This document shows, one piece after another, positions 57,605 through 64,000 of a DNA stretch of 64,000 nucleotides. The stretch covers positions 27,993-91,992 of IMG/VR virus record IMGVR_UViG_3300033073_001448, one strand, 5' to 3'. A model generated the notes under the pieces. It was not told the origin of the DNA. It saw only the letters and a program-made list of their open reading frames with translations, and made no database searches. This stretch comes from a virus. Lineage: Duplodnaviria; Caudoviricetes. How positions within the stretch are numbered: the stretch's first letter is position 1; every line of letters begins with the position of its first letter. The position numbers were made by a program, and so were the translations under genes.

Positions 57605-58354
57605 ATGCTGAGTCGCGAAATCACCGAAAGCAGTGGATACAGTTTGCCTGGCAGTTGGACACCAGATCTTGTGTTCAGCAAACTTTGGTTGGCCCGAGAA
57701 CTTAAAAAAATTCTTGGCGATCGCACTGTGCCTGTGGCTTACGTGTTGGGGTCATGGTATTCAAACATGAGCACCATATTACGCAAGAGCGCGGTGCCCA
57801 TAGAAAAAATTGTAGATGTAGAAAAGAATCGCAATTGGTTGGCTGTGGGCCATCAAGTACAACAAGACATGGGCATTCACGGTGTGCAATACATGGCCGC
57901 AGATGCCAATCGCATAGATTATAGACAGTTAAAAGAACCTGGTGTTGTGATAAACACTTCAACCAATGACATGCCGGACCATGGCTGGTTTGATCACATT
58001 CCCGAGGGCACCATTGTTGCCCTACAGGGACGCGACGGACAACCTCCAGGATCGGAGCATACCTATCGCAGTCCTGACGCTCTGCTGGAATTGTATCCAC
58101 TGAGCAAAGTTCTGTATCAAGGTAGCATGGCGTTGCAAGATCCCGAAACACAGTATAACCGTCACATGGTTATAGGTATCAAAGGTGCAGAAACTCTACG
58201 CGAGCTAATGTTCATGGGTATCAGTCCTTGTACCAAAGACTGCTCAGGACATCGTGCAGGTTATTCATGGTCAGCACGCCATAACAATGCACATTCTGCA
58301 TCTTGGTCAGACAGTTTTAATCGCGGCGCTGCTATACGTGCATCGGGACTTTAA
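57605..58354 (+). CDS. SAM-dependent methyltransferase-like protein plus C-terminal Cys module
   Basis: MLSREITES; SKLWL, VLGSWY, VINTS; then PCTKDCSGHRAGY. Confidence 0.6.
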   Translation: MLSREITESSGYSLPGSWTPDLVFSKLWLARELKKILGDRTVPVAYVLGSWYSNMSTILRKSAVPIEKIVDVEKNRNWLAVGHQVQQDMGIHGVQYMAADANRIDYRQLKEPGVVINTSTNDMPDHGWFDHIPEGTIVALQGRDGQPPGSEHTYRSPDALLELYPLSKVLYQGSMALQDPETQYNRHMVIGIKGAETLRELMFMGISPCTKDCSGHRAGYSWSARHNNAHSASWSDSFNRGAAIRASGL

Positions 58355-59085
58355 CGCTTGGTATAAACAAAATACAGCCTGCCTAATTCGGCAGGTTCTT
58401 TTTTGAATTCATCTAAATTCAAATTGTATCGTTCTGCAAATTCATTTACTATTTCAAAATTCCATGGAAATATATCTACATAAGGCCCAGTTTTGTGTGG
58501 AATTCCGGGATTGGCACGTAAAAAGAATTTACCACCGGGTTTTAATAGTGTAACGCAATGTGCAAATCGTTCTTCAATTTCATCCTTAGAATTGAAATTG
58601 ATTGATCCCAGTGCAATTATTGCATCATAACTTTCGGGTCGCACACGATATTCCAAGATATCAACTTCGTAATCTGCTGCATCATTGTAAGGATCAATGC
58701 CCACGATATTGTTGATACGTCCTTTAAAAGGGTGATAGCCACAGCCTACATCCAGCACTCGTTCAGGGTTGAGTTTGTTGACTTCTTCGACCAAGGCCCA
58801 GCCCGAATGATCATAATCGCCTGTTCTAGGGCGCCAAATTTCAGCAAAGAATCTATGTGTGTAGCGTTCGCTGAGATCAGCAACAATGTCTCTCACTGTG
58901 CCACGATAATCGCAGGTCAGTGCCAGTTCGGCTTCCACAGCATCCTTGAACTTGGAATAGCGTGCTGGTGTCCATGGCAGAGCATGTACATTGGTATCTG
59001 CGTCAATGGAAATATTTGCATACTTGGGAAGATTAAATGCAGTGTGCAAATTTTTTGTAATTAGGTTAAAAATTTTGGTGTTCAT
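58351..59085 (-). CDS. class I SAM-dependent methyltransferase
   Basis: VLDVGCG, GIDP, YDAII, LKPGG. Confidence 0.85.
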   Translation of the reverse strand: MNTKIFNLITKNLHTAFNLPKYANISIDADTNVHALPWTPARYSKFKDAVEAELALTCDYRGTVRDIVADLSERYTHRFFAEIWRPRTGDYDHSGWALVEEVNKLNPERVLDVGCGYHPFKGRINNIVGIDPYNDAADYEVDILEYRVRPESYDAIIALGSINFNSKDEIEERFAHCVTLLKPGGKFFLRANPGIPHKTGPYVDIFPWNFEIVNEFAERYNLNLDEFKKEPAELGRLYFVYTKR

Positions 59086-59136
59086 AGAAAAATTTGATAT
59101 ATATGTTAAATTTTATACAGTATTTAAAGGAGTCTT

Positions 59137-60096
59137 ATGCGTATACTAAAATTTCTAGCACTGGCAACATTGGCCAGTTCAGCCTGGGCATGGCAACCCA
59201 GCAAGCCTGTTACTGTGATTTTCCCCAATGGCCCCGGTGCTGGAAATGAAATATCATTTCGCATAGTTGCTGATCAAATTGAGCGTCAAACTGGTGCAAA
59301 GTTTGTGTCAGAGTACAAACCAGGAGCAGACGGCAACATTGCCGGCAACTACTTTGCCACAGCCAACAACGACGGACACACTGTGATGGTACCTGCTTGC
59401 CAATCAAATTGGGTCACGCCCGACATATGGTATGGACGCATGGTTCGATATGATGCACAGAACTTTGAGCCTGTGGCCAACATTGCTAGATCTCCCTTGG
59501 CATTTTGGGCTAACCCACGAAGCTCAGTGAACACGCCTGAAGATTTAGTACGATTGATCCAGAGCCGCAGTCGTCCAGTCAACATTGCCATTGGCGGCGG
59601 TGGTCACAAATTAGCAGTGGAATATCTCAAAGCACATTTAAATGTCAGCGGAGGCGATTTAATTGAAACGCCCATGTACAAAGGTCCTGCACAAGCACTG
59701 TTAGATGTCATGGGAGGCACAGTGGAATTTGGTGTTACTCCTGTGGCTGTGGGCTGGCCTCATGTGCAATCGGGCAAACTTAAATTGATTGGTATTGCTG
59801 ACACACGCACATTGCCAGGGCTAGAAAAGTATCCACTGATGACTCGCGTGGTACCAAATCTCAGCATACACGGCTGCTGGAACTTGGTATTGCCGCCCGG
59901 AACACCGCAAGATGTGCAACAATGGTATCATGACAAATTTGTACCTGCTATACGCAGTGCAGAATCTGCTGCCAAGTTCAAAGACAACATGATGTATATT
60001 TCAGAAAATGAACACACCGCAGCAGGTGTGCGTGCCGCTATGTATCGACTAAGACATCAGTGGCAACCTATTGCTCGCAGGATCAAACCAGAATGA
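59137..60096 (+). CDS. Bug/TctC substrate-binding protein
   Basis: signal peptide; WQPSKPVTVIFPNGPGAGNE, YKPGADG, YKGPAQALLDVMGG, LPPGTP. Confidence 0.88.
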   Translation: MRILKFLALATLASSAWAWQPSKPVTVIFPNGPGAGNEISFRIVADQIERQTGAKFVSEYKPGADGNIAGNYFATANNDGHTVMVPACQSNWVTPDIWYGRMVRYDAQNFEPVANIARSPLAFWANPRSSVNTPEDLVRLIQSRSRPVNIAIGGGGHKLAVEYLKAHLNVSGGDLIETPMYKGPAQALLDVMGGTVEFGVTPVAVGWPHVQSGKLKLIGIADTRTLPGLEKYPLMTRVVPNLSIHGCWNLVLPPGTPQDVQQWYHDKFVPAIRSAESAAKFKDNMMYISENEHTAAGVRAAMYRLRHQWQPIARRIKPE

Positions 60097-60716
60097 AATA
60101 CATATTTGTAGCCGGCGCTCCTGGCTCTAAATGGAGCTCAGTGGTTAAAAATATCTATTACAGTGAAGATGTTGATCGTTCTGATTATCGTGACACTTGG
60201 ACTTATTATCACGATGCTTCGGGCAATAAAGAATTAATGCACCTGGGTGCGTACTTTGATCCCGGGATGGAAAGTAATTTGCCTGAAAATTTTCACGAAT
60301 TATCCCGAAATGAGTTAGAACAGATTTTCGATTCACCGTTTGGAGAGCACAATAGACAAGTTCGCATCATCAAAAGCCACATATTTGCCAATCACATTGA
60401 TTTTTTACGTGATACATTTCCTGACACACCCATTGTATTGGTGCACCGCGGCGACGATGCTTGCCTGGGTTGGTGGGTCAAATGTGGTCATTTTGACATC
60501 ACTTATCCTGTTTATGAGCCTTACTATCGCAACCTCCGTACAATGGCCGGAATTATAAAGCAACAAAATGCAGGAATATTATCAGCATGGTGGAAATATT
60601 CAGGTCGCTACTGCGAAAACAATCAGCAGTTAGCAAAGGCTTTGAAAATTGCTGTGCCACCGCTGCAATATCAACAGGACTATGCTGTGAGTGATGTAAG
60701 GGTAAAAGTTATATGA
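60093..60716 (+). CDS. sulfotransferase-like P-loop protein
   Basis: IFVAGAPGSKWS, IIKSH, IVLVHR. Confidence 0.55.
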   Translation: MKYIFVAGAPGSKWSSVVKNIYYSEDVDRSDYRDTWTYYHDASGNKELMHLGAYFDPGMESNLPENFHELSRNELEQIFDSPFGEHNRQVRIIKSHIFANHIDFLRDTFPDTPIVLVHRGDDACLGWWVKCGHFDITYPVYEPYYRNLRTMAGIIKQQNAGILSAWWKYSGRYCENNQQLAKALKIAVPPLQYQQDYAVSDVRVKVI

Positions 60717-61363
60717 AATCCAGTTGGGACCATACAAAATCGCACAGCACATATCATTTTGATTCTACTCGTTTGGATCGCGAACAAGATGTGCTGATTT
60801 ATCACGGGCGCTTGCCTGTAACTTGGTCTACGGATCTAGCACAGATAATCAACAACAGCAAACCTGTTACCTGGGAAACTCGCGGTTACAAGGGTCAGGG
60901 TCGTGATCAACCGCCTCAAGACTTGGCCGCTGAAGAATACGATCTTAAACGCAGCGGTGCTGATCCCAAGTTAACAATTTCCAGTATGAATTGGCAAATT
61001 CCGCCCAGCCTACAAGCTATTTCTCAGCACATGGGTCTAGAAGATTGCATGGACCGCATACATGTGCAGTGGCCAGGACAGTTATGGAACCGTCACATTG
61101 ACAAGTTAAGCAAATGGTGTCCTGAGGCCCCCAACAGAGTGTTTAGAGTATTTGTACAATTAACTGACTGGCAACCGGGGCAGTTTTGGGAATTTGGCAA
61201 CTATCACTGGAACCACTGGCAGGCCGGTGATGTGATTTCTTTTGACTGGCCAAACATGCCGCACGCCACGGCCAATGCTGGTCACGATCCGCGTGTGACA
61301 TTTCAAATGACTGGCGTAATCACTGGGCAGACACTGGACTTTCTAGCAGATTTGCCCCGGTAA
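60713..61363 (+). CDS. 2OG-Fe(II) oxygenase-like protein (Asp/Arg beta-hydroxylase-like)
   Basis: HID...W.AGD...PHATANAG..PRVTFQMTG. Confidence 0.7.
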   Translation: MKSSWDHTKSHSTYHFDSTRLDREQDVLIYHGRLPVTWSTDLAQIINNSKPVTWETRGYKGQGRDQPPQDLAAEEYDLKRSGADPKLTISSMNWQIPPSLQAISQHMGLEDCMDRIHVQWPGQLWNRHIDKLSKWCPEAPNRVFRVFVQLTDWQPGQFWEFGNYHWNHWQAGDVISFDWPNMPHATANAGHDPRVTFQMTGVITGQTLDFLADLPR

Positions 61364-61392
61364 CATACAGCCCGAGCCACATAAATATCTGT

Positions 61393-61848
61393 ATGTGGCT
61401 TTTACACTTTCTTCCTGATTCCTTATTGCATTTTATTGTTGACACTGTGCTGATTTTAGGTATTGTCAGCAGTGTGTTGTTTTTTGGCCTACTGAATCGT
61501 GTGTTGCGATTTGTGCCCGCATTGGCGCCTTACTATAGAATAGGCCAGGCCGTGAGTGCCGTGCTGTTGGTTGCCGGTGTGTATTTCAAAGGCGGTACTG
61601 CTGCTGAAGATGCCTGGCGTGAACGTGTGAGAGAAATGCAAGCGCAGGTAGCTGCCGCTGAACAAGCAGCCAACCAAGCCAATGAAAAAATTGAACAAAA
61701 AACAGAACAAAAAATACGAGTAGTAAAAGAGCGCGGACAAATTGTAAGACAATACATTGACAGAGAAATTGTAAAGTACGACAATCAGTGTGTGATTCCG
61801 CAGGAATTTGTAAAAGCACACAACGACGCAGCGGAGCGTGTAAAATGA
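61393..61848 (+). CDS. inner-membrane spanin (Rz-like)
   Basis: TM segments plus coiled coil, C-terminal CVIPQEFVKAHN; adjacent to lipoprotein and lysin. Confidence 0.7.
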   Translation: MWLLHFLPDSLLHFIVDTVLILGIVSSVLFFGLLNRVLRFVPALAPYYRIGQAVSAVLLVAGVYFKGGTAAEDAWRERVREMQAQVAAAEQAANQANEKIEQKTEQKIRVVKERGQIVRQYIDREIVKYDNQCVIPQEFVKAHNDAAERVK

Positions 61849-62153
61849 GCAAAGATCATCAACCTGTGGCAACCAGTGTGGTTGTTGCTATTATTTTCAT
61901 TATGATTGTGGCATTGTTGTCTGGCTGTTCGACCACAGTTCCTGTGACAGCAAAGTTTCCTGAGCCTCCAGGTCGTGGAGCAATGACTGCTTGTGTGGAT
62001 CTAAAAAAACTTGAATCAGAACCCAAGCTCAGTGATGTAGCACGTACTGTTACCAGCAACTATGGACTGTACTGGGAGTGTGCAATCAAAGCCGATGCTT
62101 GGATCGAGTGGTATCAAATACAAAAAAATATTTTTGAAAACGTAACAAAATAA
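61845..62153 (+). CDS. outer-membrane spanin lipoprotein (Rz1-like)
   Basis: lipobox LLSGC; Pro-rich; NY..Y.EC. Confidence 0.7.
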   Translation: MSKDHQPVATSVVVAIIFIMIVALLSGCSTTVPVTAKFPEPPGRGAMTACVDLKKLESEPKLSDVARTVTSNYGLYWECAIKADAWIEWYQIQKNIFENVTK

Positions 62154-62163
62154 GGAGCCTACA

Positions 62164-62784
62164 ATGAGTGAGTGCATTTTATCACTGGACCAACTGAAAC
62201 AAATGGTCAAAAACAAACACATCGAACACTGGTATGAATGCTTTGAACAATTGCTGCCAGATTATGAAATTGATACTCCACGTCGAGTGGCTGCATTTGT
62301 TGCACAGTGCGCACATGAGTCAGGTAATTTTGTTTTTATTGAAGAAAATTTAAATTACAAAGCCGCGTCATTGCGCAAGGTATTTGGCAAGTATTTCCCC
62401 ACAGATGAAATAGCCGCACAATATGCCAACAAGCCCCAAATGATTGCCAACAGAGTGTATGCCAATAGAATGGGCAACGGTGATGAAGCATCGGGCGACG
62501 GTTATCGTTATCGTGGTCGTGGGTTGATTCAACTCACAGGCAAGGACAATTACACATTCTTTGCCGGCAGTCTAGGTATTTCAGTGGAAGAAGCCGCTGA
62601 ATACATGGGCACCTTTGAAGGTGCCAGTCAAAGTGCTTGTTTCTTTTGGGAACAAAACAACCTAAATCAATGGGCTGACCGAGATGATATTCTAACCTTG
62701 ACCAAGAGAATCAATGGTGGCACCATTGGTCTTGAAGATAGAATTCGACACTACAACCATGCTTGTCATGTGTTGGGTCTGTGA
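62164..62784 (+). CDS. glycoside hydrolase family 19 endolysin
   Basis: AQCAHESG, EENLNY, YRGRGLIQLTGKDNY, RINGG.IGLEDR. Confidence 0.92.
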   Translation: MSECILSLDQLKQMVKNKHIEHWYECFEQLLPDYEIDTPRRVAAFVAQCAHESGNFVFIEENLNYKAASLRKVFGKYFPTDEIAAQYANKPQMIANRVYANRMGNGDEASGDGYRYRGRGLIQLTGKDNYTFFAGSLGISVEEAAEYMGTFEGASQSACFFWEQNNLNQWADRDDILTLTKRINGGTIGLEDRIRHYNHACHVLGL

Positions 62785-62901
62785 TGTGATCAATTCGCAA
62801 TAACCAAGCAGATTTGATCTAGCAAGCGTTCCTTAAATAAAAATAGCCTGCGTTGGTTTGCGACAGGCATGAGTAATAAGAAAAATTAAGGACCGTTTAT
62901 T

Positions 62902-63378
62902 ATGAAGAAAAAAATCCTGGCGGCGAGCATAGTGCTTGCTGCCTTTTCAGTCTTAGCACAAAGTGACCCTATTGTCACTCAGAGCACAAGCGACAGTACA
63001 GCTCGTACTTACAGCGAGAGTACCACAACAGTAAAATCTCCTCCTCCCAGTGCTATATCACCTGCAGTCACAGTGATCAACTCAGACGTTTGTGTGACCG
63101 CTGCCTCAGGTGCTGTACAAACACAAATACTTGGTATCAGCATGGGTGTAACTGAACGCGACTACAATTGCGAACGTCTGAAACTGAGTCGTAGCCTATA
63201 TGACATGGGCATGAAAGTTGCCGCAGTAAGTGTTATGTGTCAAGACCGTAGAGTTTTTGATTCCATGATGGCCGCTGGCACACCTTGCCCCATTGATGGA
63301 AAGATTGGTGCAGAGGCCAAGGCTGCTTGGGAAGCAGAACCCAATCGTATTCCACGACCTGTTGTTGAGAAGAAATGA
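62902..63378 (+). CDS. exported hypothetical protein
   Basis: signal peptide; PPPSAISP, NCERLKLSR, MKVAAVSVMCQD, AGTPCP. Confidence 0.8.
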   Translation: MKKKILAASIVLAAFSVLAQSDPIVTQSTSDSTARTYSESTTTVKSPPPSAISPAVTVINSDVCVTAASGAVQTQILGISMGVTERDYNCERLKLSRSLYDMGMKVAAVSVMCQDRRVFDSMMAAGTPCPIDGKIGAEAKAAWEAEPNRIPRPVVEKK

Positions 63379-64000
63379 AACTACTCTTAGGGTTATTGAT
63401 TGCAGTAACTTGTTGGTCCAGCGCGGCACAACCAACAGGCACACTTACCTCGCCTAACCTGGTTTATTCAACTGTAAATCCATATCCTGGTACCGAATCT
63501 CCAGGCACTTGGTCTGGATTCGCAGTAACTACTTCAACAGGTGGTGGTACCTCTGGCGGAAGCACGCCGGGGTACAATACATCAACCGGCGCATTTATGT
63601 TTGGTTACACTCAAAGCACAATAAACTACAACTATGCATTGAGTACAGCATTGAAGAACAGTGGTATGTCGTGGCTGGGCTACAACTATGCCTGGGAATA
63701 CTACAACCAAGATTACTCTCGTGGAACACTTACAGCCAATGTAACATTCAACTCTACCACTGGCACAGTATTGCATAACAAAAACTGGACACTAGATAAA
63801 ACAACCCAAGGATGGACTGCTGTCAGTGGCACAGAAATGTTTACTAACCCTTTGGCCACAGCAAATATCAATTCTTTTAACTTGAATTTCTCAGGCAAGG
63901 ATGACAGATTCTGGGCAGGTTATTATGGTCCTATGGTGCGCAATCCATCTATATCAGTGTTATATACATTTGATCAATGTACCACTAATCCGTTGAGCAG
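63375..64000 (+). CDS. exported protein, truncated by the window end
   Basis: ATGA coupling; signal peptide; open to the end of the window. Confidence 0.75.
   Translation, partial: MKLLLGLLIAVTCWSSAAQPTGTLTSPNLVYSTVNPYPGTESPGTWSGFAVTTSTGGGTSGGSTPGYNTSTGAFMFGYTQSTINYNYALSTALKNSGMSWLGYNYAWEYYNQDYSRGTLTANVTFNSTTGTVLHNKNWTLDKTTQGWTAVSGTEMFTNPLATANINSFNLNFSGKDDRFWAGYYGPMVRNPSISVLYTFDQCTTNPLS

Noticed and set aside
58732-59064. Plus-strand ORF over the methyltransferase
   Set aside because: Antisense shadow of a clear methyltransferase gene.
62785-62901. Possible tRNA or ncRNA in the intergenic gap
   Set aside because: No cloverleaf or T-loop motif; only a TAAATA promoter and a weak GCCTG/CAGGC stem. 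No tRNA or rRNA was recognised anywhere in the window.
1-64000. Stop-codon reassignment as in some jumbo phages
   Set aside because: Known genes are full length in code 11, and TAA, TGA and TAG all terminate genes at sensible positions.

Overview
This 64 kb window comes from a large T4-like (jumbo-type) dsDNA myophage, densely coded mostly on the + strand in the standard genetic code. A Gram-negative host, probably betaproteobacterial, is inferred from three Bug/TctC proteins, spanins and ErpA. Region 1-28.8 kb is an early/accessory region of short ORFs driven by near-consensus sigma70 promoters. It carries a PurD-like ATP-grasp enzyme, an FG-GAP lipoprotein, a metallophosphoesterase, an S11 PBP, a ParB-like/HNH-like pair, a YafQ-like toxin, a B12 radical SAM enzyme, an Hc1-like protein, NadE and an SleB-type hydrolase. 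Region 28.8-30.3 kb holds WYL, IF-1, SOD and ErpA. Regions 30.3-38.8 and 49-54 kb encode baseplate and Gly/Thr/Asn-repeat fibre proteins. Region 38.8-48 kb has a mini-DnaE, GroES, the clamp loader, two Bug proteins, a HAD and PhoH. Region 54-58 kb encodes probable head-packaged polyproteins. Region 58-64 kb has an MTase/Bug/sulfotransferase-like/oxygenase module and the lysis genes. Three patterns stand out. (1) Fifteen small, highly divergent paralogs end in F-x-L-[RK]-W-x-stop and are chained by a conserved DNA junction, TGAGGTGGKCATGA, that is simultaneously C-terminus, Shine-Dalgarno, stop and next start. (2) A set of late proteins, including SOD and the toxin partner, carries a T4-like capsid-targeting N-terminus and internal [LIV]-x-E sites separating cargo modules. 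(3) A repeated promoter cassette of about 85 bp begins at the upstream stop codon with GTANTAC-N4-GTANTAC. All functional calls come from motif recognition by eye; no searches were run.
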